Shown here piece by piece: positions 1 to 9,884 of a stretch of 64,000 bases of DNA. Positions within the stretch are counted from its first letter, which is position 1, and every line of letters begins with the position of its first letter. A program made the position numbers and the translations under genes. Origin of the DNA: Wenzhouxiangella sp. Its GTDB lineage: Bacteria > Pseudomonadota > Gammaproteobacteria > Xanthomonadales > Wenzhouxiangellaceae. The notes below the pieces were generated by a model that saw only the letters and a list, made by a program, of their open reading frames with translations, had not been told where the DNA came from and ran no database searches. The DNA lies in the NCBI GenBank assembly GCA_036351755.1, contig JAZBPT010000044.1, positions 2,685-66,684 on the forward strand. The letters run 5' to 3'.

Positions 1-724
1 TCGTCTCGGCCTGGCCGGCGACCTGGTCAACCGCGGTGGTGAGTCGCTGGCCACGCTGCGCCTGGTGCATTCCCTGCGCGATGTCTCCATCACGGTGCTC
101 GGCAATCACGACCTGCACCTGCTCGCCTACGCGAACGGGCAACTCGGCAAGCCCAACGACGAATTCGAGGCGATCCTGGAGGACGAGCGCGGCCAGGAAT
201 TTCTTGACTGGCTTCGCGCCTGCCCGCTGATCTGGTTCGACGAAGACGCCGGGCTGGCCATGGTGCACGCCGGCGTCGATCCGCGCTGGGGGCCGGTGCA
301 GGCCCGCGAATGCGCAGGCGAGGTCGAGCGCGCCCTGGCCGAATCACCGTCGGATTTCTTCGCCGGCATGTACGGCGACGAGCCCGATCGCTGGCAGCCC
401 GACCTGCCCGAGGTCGAGCGCTTGCGCACGATCACCAACGTGATGACGCGCATGCGCTTTTGCAGCGCCGACGGCCGACTCGACCTGGCCACGAAGGGCG
501 GCGCCGGGAATGCGCCGCCGGGATACGGGCCCTGGTTCGAGCACCTGCATCCCGACTGGCGCGACTGGACCCTGGTGTTCGGTCACTGGTCGCAGCTGGG
601 GCTCTACGAGGGCGACGGGGTGATCTGCCTCGACAGCGGCTGCGTATGGGGCGGATCCCTGTCGGCGCTCGTCGTCGAAGGGGACGAGCGGAGAATCGAG
701 GCGGTCGACTGCGCGACCGGCTAG
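1..724 (+). CDS. apaH: Symmetrical bis(5'-nucleosyl)-tetraphosphatase, 5' end truncated by the window edge
   Basis: The frame is open from base 2 (RLGLAGDLVNRG). Metallophosphoesterase motifs GDLVNRG, LGNHDLHLL, VHAG, TRMR, FGHW and LDSGCVWGG are present. Confidence 0.95.
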   Translation, partial: RLGLAGDLVNRGGESLATLRLVHSLRDVSITVLGNHDLHLLAYANGQLGKPNDEFEAILEDERGQEFLDWLRACPLIWFDEDAGLAMVHAGVDPRWGPVQARECAGEVERALAESPSDFFAGMYGDEPDRWQPDLPEVERLRTITNVMTRMRFCSADGRLDLATKGGAGNAPPGYGPWFEHLHPDWRDWTLVFGHWSQLGLYEGDGVICLDSGCVWGGSLSALVVEGDERRIEAVDCATG

Positions 725-1539
725 CGCCGGATCAATTCCTCGAGAACAGGCGCCATCTCGGGTCGCCGCCCCGTCCATATCTCGAAGGCCAGGGCGGCCT
801 GTCCGACCAGCATGCCCAGCCCGTCGTGCGCCGGCAGCCCGTGCGCATCGCACCACCGTGAGAAGGCCGCGTGGGCCGTGCCGTAGTTGAGATCGTAGGC
901 CACGGCCGAGTCCGCAAGCCATTCGCGTTCGAGCGGCGGCAGGGCATCGGCGTGGCCGGCGCTGGTCGATTGGATCAGCAGGTCGAAATGGCTCCCCGGG
1001 TCGGATTCGAACCCGGCGCCTCCGATCGTGCCGAGATGGGCGAACTTGTCGGCCAGTCGTTCGGCGCGATCGGCGGTGCGATTGATCAGGTGAACACAGG
1101 CGGGTTTGCGCGCGAGCAGTGGCCCGAGAATGCCGGCCACCGCGCCGCCGGCGCCGACGATCAGGATGCGTCGTCCGGCCGGGTCGATGCCGAGGCGGTC
1201 GAAATCGAGCAGCAGGCCCGCTCCGTCGGTGTTGTAGCCGTGCCAGCCGCCATCGGCCAGGCGCAGGGTGTTGACGGCATGCGCCTGCCGGGCGTTCCGG
1301 TCGACTCGAGTGCACAGCCTCAGCCCGGCCTGTTTGAGCGGCACAGTCAGGTTAGCGCCGGTGCCGCCGTTGCCCCGGAAAGCGGTCAGCCGATCCGGCA
1401 GTTCGTCGACCCCCGATTCGATTGCCGAGTACTCGACGTCGGTCCCGAGCTGCTCGCCGAACAGGCGATGAATCCGCGGCGACAGGCTGTGCGCCACCGG
1501 CTGGCCGAAAACCGCCAGCTTGTAGGTCGATGCGTTCAC
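721..1539 (-). CDS. aroE: Shikimate dehydrogenase
   Basis: Motifs HSLSPRIH, GANLTVPLK, AVNT, NTDG, GAGG, YDLNY and DGLGMLVGQA. Confidence 0.95.
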   Translation of the reverse strand: MNASTYKLAVFGQPVAHSLSPRIHRLFGEQLGTDVEYSAIESGVDELPDRLTAFRGNGGTGANLTVPLKQAGLRLCTRVDRNARQAHAVNTLRLADGGWHGYNTDGAGLLLDFDRLGIDPAGRRILIVGAGGAVAGILGPLLARKPACVHLINRTADRAERLADKFAHLGTIGGAGFESDPGSHFDLLIQSTSAGHADALPPLEREWLADSAVAYDLNYGTAHAAFSRWCDAHGLPAHDGLGMLVGQAALAFEIWTGRRPEMAPVLEELIRR

Positions 1540-1564
1540 CTGTGGACGATCTTCATCTTTCTTT

Positions 1565-2557
<993 letters not shown>

Positions 2558-2583
2558 TTATCCGGGTGGTGTGCGATGCGGGC

Positions 2584-2589
2584 ATTATA
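2584..2589 (-). promoter_or_regulatory. Putative sigma70 -10 element for hemB
   Basis: Perfect TATAAT on the minus strand about 30 nt upstream of the hemB start. No good -35 element is visible. Confidence 0.4.
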
Positions 2590-2674
2590 AGCTTGCGCCG
2601 CGATCGGGTCGGAGTCGAGATGGCCCTGGGTCGGCAGGATGAATACGATTGCCAGGCGGAGTAGAATGCGACCC

Positions 2675-2896
2675 ATGGCTGCGAATATCAAAGAAGCGCT
2701 GCGCACCCTGGCCGATCAACTCCCCGAGGGAGCGACCTGGAGGGATGTCGCCTATGAGGCCTTTGTCCGCCAGGAGATCGAAGCCGGTCTGGAAGAAGCC
2801 CGCCGGGGCGAGTTCGCCACGGACGACGAAGTGAAATCTGCCTTCGCCAAATGGGGTGTGCAGGTTGAAGCTGAAGTGGACACGCCGCGCCCTTGA
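2675..2896 (+). CDS. Putative antitoxin of a RelE/ParE-type toxin-antitoxin pair
   Basis: Small acidic ORF (LPEGATWRDVAYEAFVRQEIEAGLEEARRGEF) overlapping the downstream RelE/ParE gene. The start is uncertain (2639, 2666 or 2675). Confidence 0.7.
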   Translation: MAANIKEALRTLADQLPEGATWRDVAYEAFVRQEIEAGLEEARRGEFATDDEVKSAFAKWGVQVEAEVDTPRP

Positions 2897-3140
2897 GCAA
2901 CTCGCCGAGGCGCAGGACTATATCGCCCAGCAAAATCCCGCCGCTGCCGGCCAGGTCGGCGAACGGATCGCCGAAGCTACCCGCAAGTTAATGACCCAGC
3001 CCCGTATGGGCCAGCGGGGGCGAGTGGCCGGAACCCGGGAATGGGTCATTGGGCGCACCCCTTACTTCCTGGTCTACAAGCTGGAAGACGACGAGCTGAT
3101 TATCCTGCGCGTCATCCACGGCAAACAGCACTGGCCATGA
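2865..3140 (+). CDS. RelE/ParE family toxin
   Basis: Family pattern LKWTRRALEQL...YIAQQNPAAA...PRMGQRGRVAGTREWVI...PYFLVY...IILRVIHG. Start is TTG 2865 or GTG 2856. Confidence 0.88.
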   Translation: MKLKWTRRALEQLAEAQDYIAQQNPAAAGQVGERIAEATRKLMTQPRMGQRGRVAGTREWVIGRTPYFLVYKLEDDELIILRVIHGKQHWP

Positions 3141-3232
3141 CCTTGATTCAGCGCTGCCTGAGTACCCGGGACATTAGCGGCTTGAAGGTTATTCCCTGGG
3201 AAAATGCCGCGGTGTGTTCGGGGCCGTGATGG

Positions 3233-3273
3233 CGCATCGGCCGATGCGTTGCGCTTCGCTCCACGCATCCTAC
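3233..3273 (-). repeat. GTAG-type REP-like palindromic element (truncated REP doublet)
   Basis: The minus strand reads GTAGGATGCGTGGAGCGAAGCGCAACGCATCG (GTAG foot plus hairpin). It overlaps a perfect 16-bp palindrome CGCATCGGCCGATGCG at 3233-3248. Confidence 0.6.
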
Positions 3274-3385
3274 CGCTCTAATTCTCACGCCTCAGCACCG
3301 CAGCATCGTACGTGGCCCACTTTGGTGGATGTAAAACCCGTCTGGTGGCGCCCCTCTTGGCATGGGGCCAGATGGATGTTAGGAC

Positions 3386-4249
3386 ATGTGTATGAAGATG
3401 CTTGTATTTGTGGGTCTCTCGTTGATTGCTTCATCATGTTATGCGAGCGATCAAGAATTGGCGGCCATATTGGACGGCGCAATTGGGGGGAACTCTGACT
3501 GCGAGGAGTTGTTCCACCAGTATTCCTTGTCTGATTCGGTTGACTGTTTTAATGCCAGTTACGAGAGTTCAGAGCACGACCTAGTCAAGTCGGTAGCGCG
3601 CCACGGAAGTTCTTTAGCTTACCAGCGGATGGGCGAGCACCAAAAAGCTCTTGATGACATGCAGGAGGCTATTCGTCTGGCTCATTCGTACAAGGAAGCT
3701 GTTCTCTACATGGCCAGATTGCTGGCCGGCTATAGCCGGCTGCTGCTGTTTCACGATCAGAGGGATCTTGCCGATAGGTATCTAAAGAACTCCAGAGACT
3801 ACTACGAAACCTATATCAAGGTTATGGGCTCGGATCACCCGGAGACTGGGTTCCTGGCTTATCAGGTGAGCGCTTCGTTATATCTGGAAGCTGGTGATTT
3901 CTCGGAGGCAAGGGCTTACGCGAGAAAGGCGCTAAATAAGGCGGCTTTGATGCCAGAGGTTGTACCATCCACGACCCATCTGTTGCTGGCGAAGCTTGAA
4001 GCTGCAGTTCAGAGGCCTGACGAAGCGCGTGTCGCTGCCTGGAGGGCGTGCAGGTCTGATGGGAATGAGCCTGCTGTGGTGGAAGGGTGCATATTGGCTG
4101 CCCGTGGTGCCAAGGAAGAAGGCAATGAGAATTGCGCGAGTCGAGCTCTTTCAAGAGCCCTGGAAAAGTCTGAATCCGCCAATTGGGAGGATGATGATGT
4201 GGCGATGGAAATTGAAAGTTTGATCCGTGAAATCGGGAATGCCAATTGA
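3386..4249 (+). CDS. Hypothetical exported TPR-like protein of lower GC content
   Basis: 287 aa with an N-terminal hydrophobic signal-like segment and TPR-like helices (AYQRMGEHQKALDDMQEAIRL, LYLEAGDFSEARAYARKAL). Visibly more AT-rich than its neighbours. Confidence 0.65.
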   Translation: MCMKMLVFVGLSLIASSCYASDQELAAILDGAIGGNSDCEELFHQYSLSDSVDCFNASYESSEHDLVKSVARHGSSLAYQRMGEHQKALDDMQEAIRLAHSYKEAVLYMARLLAGYSRLLLFHDQRDLADRYLKNSRDYYETYIKVMGSDHPETGFLAYQVSASLYLEAGDFSEARAYARKALNKAALMPEVVPSTTHLLLAKLEAAVQRPDEARVAAWRACRSDGNEPAVVEGCILAARGAKEEGNENCASRALSRALEKSESANWEDDDVAMEIESLIREIGNAN

Positions 4250-4497
4250 GCTGGAATTCTGAATAGTTCGAACTCGGTGCTTTGGAACTGCACCAACTGT
4301 TCAAGTTGAGCAATTACCCGATACTCAGGGTCTCCCATGTGTCCGATTATGTCGCCTCGATAACCTCGGGCTCAGGCTCCTTGGGAAGGATCGGCGGCAG
4401 TTTCTTTTGACCCAGCGCAGCGCCCGCGAAGTGCCGAGCCCCCCAGTGCGTCCGGTACCATGACCCTCGCCCAAGCCTCCGAATCCCGCAGCGCCGA

Positions 4498-4537
4498 ACC
4501 AAAACACCAAAACACCAAATAACCAAGAAGCCAATTT
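4498..4537 (+). repeat. Degenerate 8-bp tandem repeat (ACCAAAAC-like, about 5 units)
   Basis: ACCAAAAC ACCAAAAC ACCAAATA ACCAAGAA GCCAATTT. Confidence 0.6.
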
Positions 4538-4573
4538 CCCCAACCTCGACGCCGAGATGCTAATCTCAACGCC

Positions 4574-5476
4574 ATGCCAGCCACCATCCGCATTCCCGAA
4601 ATGCGCCCATCCGAGCCGGTCGACGTGCCGGTCGGGGACATTGCCCGGCTGGCCGAGTTCATCGACGCTCACGATCGCCTCGTCGTGCTCACCGGCGCCG
4701 GCATCTCCACGCATTCGGGTATTCCCGCCTACCGCGACGGCAGCGGGCGCTGGCTGCAGCGTCGGCCGATTCTTTTCCAGGATTTCATGCGTTGCGAGCA
4801 CACCCGCCGGCGCTACTGGGCGCGCAGCTACTTCGGCTGGCCGGTGATGGCGAAAGCCGGGGTCAATCCCGCGCACGAGGCGCTGGTGGCGCTCGAGCGC
4901 GGTGGTCGGCTCGCGCAGGTGGTTACCCAGAACGTCGACGGCCTGCACCGGCGCGCCGGGCAGGAGGGCCTGGTCGAGCTGCACGGGCGCCTCGACCGCG
5001 TCCATTGCCTGGACTGTGGTACGGTCGGCTGCCGCGGCGAGCTTCAGCGGCGGTTGGCCGAACTCAACCGCGACTGGACCGCCGATGTGCAGGGCATCAA
5101 CGCCGACGGCGACGCCCGGCTGGACGATTCGGACTGGCCGGGCTTTCGTGTGGTCGGCTGCCCCGCATGCGGCGGTACGCTCAAGCCGCAGGTCGTGTTC
5201 TTCGGCGAAACGGTGCCGCGGCAAACGCATGAAGCGGTCGGACAGGCCCTGTCGCGGGCCACCGCGCTGCTGGTCGTGGGCAGTTCCCTGGTGGTCGGTT
5301 CGGCCTATCGCCTGGTGCGCGACGCCGCCGCCCGAGGCCTGCCCGTGGCGGCCGTCAATCGTGGCCGAACGCGGGCCGACGAGCTGCTGGCCTTCAAGGT
5401 CGATGCCGGTTGCGAGACGGCGCTGTCGGCGGCCGCCGATCTTTGCCTGGGCCGGGGTTCAGGCCGCGGTCGATAG
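4574..5476 (+). CDS. NAD-dependent protein deacylase, Sir2 family (class II, SIRT4-like)
   Basis: Motifs TGAGISTHSGIPAYR, RRRYWARS, TQNVDGLH, ELHG, Zn ribbon CLDC...CPAC, LKPQVVFFGE and GSSL. Confidence 0.93.
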   Translation: MPATIRIPEMRPSEPVDVPVGDIARLAEFIDAHDRLVVLTGAGISTHSGIPAYRDGSGRWLQRRPILFQDFMRCEHTRRRYWARSYFGWPVMAKAGVNPAHEALVALERGGRLAQVVTQNVDGLHRRAGQEGLVELHGRLDRVHCLDCGTVGCRGELQRRLAELNRDWTADVQGINADGDARLDDSDWPGFRVVGCPACGGTLKPQVVFFGETVPRQTHEAVGQALSRATALLVVGSSLVVGSAYRLVRDAAARGLPVAAVNRGRTRADELLAFKVDAGCETALSAAADLCLGRGSGRGR

Positions 5477-6496
5477 CCCCGGCGCGACGCCGGCGGCCAG
5501 CGCGTCGAAATAGTCGCGCGTGAGATCGAGTTGCTGGCGGGCGGACCCGGCGCGGTTGACCACCTGGCGGAAGCCGGCGTTCTCGGCGCGGTCCTTCGCG
5601 TACCAGCCCAGGTGCTTGCGGGCGATGCGCACGCCGCGGTGTTCACCGTAGAAGTCGTAGAGCGCCTCGAGGTGGCCGAGCAGGATGTCGCGCACCGCCG
5701 TCACCGGCTTCTCCGGGAGGCGCTCGCCGGTGGCCAGGTAGTGGGCGATCTCGCCGAAGATCCAGGGGCGGCCCTGGGCGGCGCGGCCGACCAGCAGGCC
5801 GGCCGCACCGGTGTACTCGAGCACTTCGCGCGCTTTTTCCGGCGAGTCGATATCGCCGTTGGCCCAGACCGGTATGGCGCGTTGGGAGACGATCTCGGCG
5901 ATCGTGTCGTACTCGGCCCTTCCCTGGTATTTCTGGTCGCGCGTGCGGCCGTGGACTGCCAGCGCGGCGATACCGGACTCTTCGGCGATCCGGGCGATGG
6001 TCGGACCGTTACGGTGTTCAGCGTCCCAGCCGGTGCGGGTCTTGAGCGTGACCGGCACGTCGACGGCGGCCACCACCGCCTCGAGAATCCGCGCGACCAG
6101 GTCCTCGTCGCGCATCAGGGCCGAGCCGGCCCAGGCCTTGCAGACCTTCTTGGCCGGGCAGCCCATGTTGATGTCGATGATCTCGGCCCCGTGCTCGACG
6201 TTGTAGCGCGCCGCCTCGGCCATGCGCTCGGGCACGGTGCCGGCGATCTGCACGCTCACCGGGCCGGGTTCGCCGTCGTGGTCCATTCGTTCGCGGGATT
6301 TGCGCGTGTGCCACAGCGAAGGATCGGAGGTCGTCATCTCCGAGGTAGCCAGGCCGGCCCCGAGTTTGCGGCACAGCAGGCGGAACGGCTTGTCGGTGAC
6401 GCCCGCCATGGGCGCCAGGCCGAGCGCGGGCGTTACCCGGTAACCGCCTATCGGGAGAGCGGCGCCGGTCGTCGATGTGGGGTCAGCGTAATCCAT
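5459..6496 (-). CDS. dusB: tRNA-dihydrouridine synthase B
   Basis: Motifs LAPMAGVTD, IDINMGCPAKKV, AGSALM, VHGRTR, NGDI, GRAAQGRPW and ARKHLGWY. Confidence 0.95.
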   Translation of the reverse strand: MDYADPTSTTGAALPIGGYRVTPALGLAPMAGVTDKPFRLLCRKLGAGLATSEMTTSDPSLWHTRKSRERMDHDGEPGPVSVQIAGTVPERMAEAARYNVEHGAEIIDINMGCPAKKVCKAWAGSALMRDEDLVARILEAVVAAVDVPVTLKTRTGWDAEHRNGPTIARIAEESGIAALAVHGRTRDQKYQGRAEYDTIAEIVSQRAIPVWANGDIDSPEKAREVLEYTGAAGLLVGRAAQGRPWIFGEIAHYLATGERLPEKPVTAVRDILLGHLEALYDFYGEHRGVRIARKHLGWYAKDRAENAGFRQVVNRAGSARQQLDLTRDYFDALAAGVAPGLSTAA

Positions 6497-6560
6497 GGTT
6501 CATTGTAGGATGCGCGATAGATTCATTTCATTTACCGGGTCGATCCCGGTCGCCGAGCCT

Positions 6561-6974
6561 ATGAGCCCCGGACAGGAACGACGCCGCTTCCACCGATTCC
6601 CGTTTCACGCCGACTGCGAACTCGTGGACGACGAGGGGCGGCCGCACGCCTGCGAATTGCTCGATCTTTCCATCAACGGTGCGCTCGTCGAGCTGGATCG
6701 CCCCGGAGACTTCGATTCGGCACGTGCGGGCGACCTGACGCTGAAACTGCGCGGCCTGTCGGACGGCACCCGGGCGGAAATCGTCGTCGACGTGAAAGCG
6801 CTGAGGGTCGAGCAGCGCCGCGTGGCCTGCCGCTTCCTGCACATCGACCCGGACAGCTTCGAGAATCTCAAGGACCTGATTGCCGCCAATCTCGGCGACC
6901 TGTCGATGCTCGACCGCGAACTGACCCAGCTTGACTACTGGCCCGGCTTGTCCATTTCGCCCAGCGCGGCCTGA
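6561..6974 (+). CDS. Stand-alone PilZ domain protein (putative c-di-GMP effector)
   Basis: RxxxR motif (ERRRFHR) and DxSxxG motif (DLSING). The start is uncertain (6495-6561). Confidence 0.85.
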   Translation: MSPGQERRRFHRFPFHADCELVDDEGRPHACELLDLSINGALVELDRPGDFDSARAGDLTLKLRGLSDGTRAEIVVDVKALRVEQRRVACRFLHIDPDSFENLKDLIAANLGDLSMLDRELTQLDYWPGLSISPSAA

Positions 6975-7594
6975 TTGCCCGCGGGCAGAAGCCAGCCGGC
7001 CATCACGGCCTCGAGTTCGTCGACGCCCTGTCCGGTCACTGCCGAGAATAGCTGCACGCCGACACTTTCGTCGACCATTTTGCGGACCTTCATCAGGGCC
7101 TCTTTCTGCTTGCCCCGACCGAGCTTGTCGGCCTTGGTCAGCACGAGGTGGAGCGGCAGGCCGCGGTCGGCCGCCCAATTGGCGAGGTCGACGTCGCCCG
7201 GCTTGAGCGGATGCCGAACGTCCATGACGATCAGCAGGCCGGCCAGGGCCTGGCGCTTCTCGAGGTAGCCCTGGATCAGGCCCTTCCAGTGTTTCTTGAG
7301 ATCGCCGCCGACCCGGGCGAAGCCGTAGCCGGGCAGGTCGACCAGGTGACGGGTCTCGTCGAGCCGGAAGAACACCAGTTGCCGGGTCCGGCCGGGCGTT
7401 CGGCTGGTCCGGGCCAGCGATTTCTGGCCGCACAGGCGGTTGATGAGGCTCGACTTGCCGGCATTGGAGCGTCCGGCGATGGCGACTTCCGCGCCGATAT
7501 CGGGCGGCAGCTGCGGTCGGTTGTGGACGCTGATCAGGTATTCGGCCCGCCTGAGCAGCGACTGGACGGATTCCATGGGGATTGATGCTGGCAC
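6935..7594 (-). CDS. engB: Ribosome biogenesis GTP-binding protein YihA/EngB
   Basis: Motifs GRSNAGKSS, SRTPGRT, DLPGYG and TKADK. Confidence 0.95.
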   Translation of the reverse strand: MPASIPMESVQSLLRRAEYLISVHNRPQLPPDIGAEVAIAGRSNAGKSSLINRLCGQKSLARTSRTPGRTRQLVFFRLDETRHLVDLPGYGFARVGGDLKKHWKGLIQGYLEKRQALAGLLIVMDVRHPLKPGDVDLANWAADRGLPLHLVLTKADKLGRGKQKEALMKVRKMVDESVGVQLFSAVTGQGVDELEAVMAGWLLPAGNQAALGEMDKPGQ

Positions 7595-7653
7595 GGCAGA
7601 AGCTGAGAGGCGATAATATCAGGTTCAGACTTCCAATCAGGAGAAGGATCCAA

Positions 7654-8277
7654 ATGGCTCGATTCTTGGTGATGCTGCTTGCATCGGCGCCGCTGCTGGC
7701 CCAGGCCCAGGTCGTCGGCGACCCCGAAGCCGGCCAGGAGAAGGCGGCAGTGTGCGCGTCCTGTCACGGCATGGACGGCAATTCACAGGTCAGCATGTGG
7801 CCCAAGCTGGCCGAGCAGCATGCCGGCTACGCTGCGCGCCAGTCGCGGCTTATCCGGGAGCAGAAGCGCAGCGTGCCGGAGATGTATCCGATCGTCGCCG
7901 ACATGAGCGACCAGGACCTGGCCGACATCGCTGCCTACTACGAGCAGCAGGCCCTCAAGCCCGGTGTGGCCGACGAAGCGCTGGTCGACGCCGGCGAGGC
8001 GATCTACCAGGCGGGCAATCCCGAGTCGGGTGTGCCGGCCTGCGCCGCCTGCCACGGCCCCTCCGGAAGCGGCATCAAGGGTGCTTACTACCCGCGCCTG
8101 GGTGGTCAGCATGCCGACTACACGCAGAAGCGCCTGCAGGACTACCGCAACGGCGTGACCAGCGGCGAGGACGACCCCTACAGCAAGATCATGGTCGCCG
8201 TGGCCGAAAACATGACCGACGAGGAAATCCAGGCCGTCAGCTCCTACATCGAGGGGCTGCACACGGCGCGCTGGTAA
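7654..8277 (+). CDS. Diheme cytochrome c4
   Basis: Signal peptide and two CxxCH motifs (CASCH, CAACH). SD-like AGGAGAAGGA upstream. Conserved engB / c4 / dsbA synteny. Confidence 0.92.
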   Translation: MARFLVMLLASAPLLAQAQVVGDPEAGQEKAAVCASCHGMDGNSQVSMWPKLAEQHAGYAARQSRLIREQKRSVPEMYPIVADMSDQDLADIAAYYEQQALKPGVADEALVDAGEAIYQAGNPESGVPACAACHGPSGSGIKGAYYPRLGGQHADYTQKRLQDYRNGVTSGEDDPYSKIMVAVAENMTDEEIQAVSSYIEGLHTARW

Positions 8278-8364
8278 GCTGGACTGATAAAGCTCAAGGT
8301 GGAACTCGCCCGACCCGGGCGGGTCTGATTGGGCCATACAACCAAGACAAACGCGGAGTACCTC

Positions 8365-9063
8365 ATGCGCAAGTTTCTGAATGCAATGGCCGCTGCGGCC
8401 CTGCTGGTTTCCGGTGGCGCGATCGCTCAGGAGTTCCAGGAAGGGCAGCACTTCCAGCGAATCGGAAGTCCCGTCGCCACGCCCGAAGACAAGGTCGTCG
8501 TAACCGACGGCTTCGCCTATCCCTGCGGCGCCTGCCGCCGGTTCCTGCCCTACGTGGGCACCTGGGCCGAGAACACGCCGGACTACGTCGAGGTCGAGCA
8601 CCTGCCCATCGCGCTCCAGCCGGGTTGGGACCTGTTCGTCCGCGCCTACTACACGGCCCAGGTGATGGGCATTGCCGAGCAAACGCACGAGGCGATGTTC
8701 AAGGCGGTACACGACGAGCGCCGCCAGTTCCGCAGCTTCGAGGACATCGCCGACTTCTACGCCGAGCACGGCGTGGAAGCCGACAGCTTCCTCAACACCG
8801 CACAGTCCTTCGCCGTGGACGCCCGCATTCGCCAGAATCGGAACGACGTGCGCACCTTCGGCATTCGCGGCACGCCGGCGGTCATCGTCCAGGGCAAGTG
8901 GCTCGTGAGCCCCAACGGCTTCAGCAGCTACGACGAGATGCTGGCGGCCGTCGACTACCTGGTCCAGCGCGAAGCCGATGCCCTGGGCCTCGGACAGGAC
9001 GCGGAAACTCCGGAAAGCGAGGAAGCGGCTTCGTCCGAACAGGCTGAAGAAGCCTCCAGCTGA
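8365..9063 (+). CDS. dsbA: Thiol:disulfide interchange protein DsbA/DsbL
   Basis: Signal peptide, CxxC motif (CGAC), cis-Pro loop GTP and helical insertion. Located downstream of cytochrome c4. Confidence 0.85.
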   Translation: MRKFLNAMAAAALLVSGGAIAQEFQEGQHFQRIGSPVATPEDKVVVTDGFAYPCGACRRFLPYVGTWAENTPDYVEVEHLPIALQPGWDLFVRAYYTAQVMGIAEQTHEAMFKAVHDERRQFRSFEDIADFYAEHGVEADSFLNTAQSFAVDARIRQNRNDVRTFGIRGTPAVIVQGKWLVSPNGFSSYDEMLAAVDYLVQREADALGLGQDAETPESEEAASSEQAEEASS

Positions 9064-9068
9064 TCGTC

Positions 9069-9884
9069 GTGGGCGGCGCCAGCCGGCAGCTGAAGCTGCT
9101 GAGCTACAACATCCAGGCCGGCACCTCGACCGGCCGCTACCGCGAGTATGTCACTCGCAGCTGGCGGCAGGTCCTGCCCAACAACCAGCGCGTCGCCAAC
9201 CTCGATTCCATCGCCGAGCTGGTGCGCGACTACGACATCGTCGCGCTGCAGGAAGTCGACTGCGGGAGCCTGCGGTCAGGCTTTCTCAACCAGGCCAAGT
9301 ACCTGGCCACGCACGCCCAGTTCCCCTGGTGGAGCCACCAGGGGAACCGCAAGGTGGGCATCGTGGCCCACGCCGGCAACGGCCTGCTCAGCCGGATCGA
9401 ACCCAGCGAGATCGAAGAGCACCGCCTGCCCGGCGCGATTCCCGGCCGCGGCGCCATGGTGGTGCGTTTCGGCGAGGGCGAGAAGGCCCTGTGGCTGGTC
9501 GTGCTCCACCTGGCGCTGGGGCGCCGCGCGCGCACGCAGCAACTCGATTACGTCGCTTCCCTGGTCCGCTCCTATCCGCACGTGGTGGTGATGGGTGACT
9601 TCAACAGCGGGCCCGGTTCGCGCGAGGTGCGAAGCTTCTGCGACAAGGCCGGCCTGGTTCGTCCGGGCGAGCCGGTCCTGACCTTTCCCTCCTGGCAGCC
9701 GCAGCGAGCCATCGACCACATCCTGGTCTCCCCGAACATGCAGATCAGCGAACTGCGGGCCCTTCCGGTGACCTTTTCCGACCACCAGCCCCTGTCGATG
9801 ACCGTGGATCTCGGTGACGACGTGGCCCTACCAGGCCATTCGGGCAGCGACCAGAATCAGTACCCCACCGAATACTCGTCTTAG
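9069..9884 (+). CDS. Endonuclease/exonuclease/phosphatase (EEP) family protein
   Basis: Motifs LSYNIQ, ALQEVD, GNGLLSR, HL, MGDFN, IDHI and SDH. Confidence 0.9.
   Translation: MGGASRQLKLLSYNIQAGTSTGRYREYVTRSWRQVLPNNQRVANLDSIAELVRDYDIVALQEVDCGSLRSGFLNQAKYLATHAQFPWWSHQGNRKVGIVAHAGNGLLSRIEPSEIEEHRLPGAIPGRGAMVVRFGEGEKALWLVVLHLALGRRARTQQLDYVASLVRSYPHVVVMGDFNSGPGSREVRSFCDKAGLVRPGEPVLTFPSWQPQRAIDHILVSPNMQISELRALPVTFSDHQPLSMTVDLGDDVALPGHSGSDQNQYPTEYSS

Noticed and set aside
3157-4329. Possible terminal inverted repeats CCTGAGTA (3157-3164) and TACTCAGG (4322-4329) around the low-GC TPR gene
   Set aside because: Only 8 bp are exact, with no target-site duplication or transposase, so it cannot be distinguished from chance.
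4574-5476. Sir2 gene as an anti-phage SIR2 effector beside the TA islet
   Set aside because: It is a canonical Zn-ribbon class II sirtuin with host-like GC and has no defence partner such as HerA, pAgo or ThsB.
5459-9884. Tail-to-tail overlaps of convergent genes (sirtuin/dusB, PilZ/engB, EEP/TauE; also tatC with the gene at 34652)
   Set aside because: Short 3' overlaps are common in compact high-GC genomes, and nothing suggests a special function.
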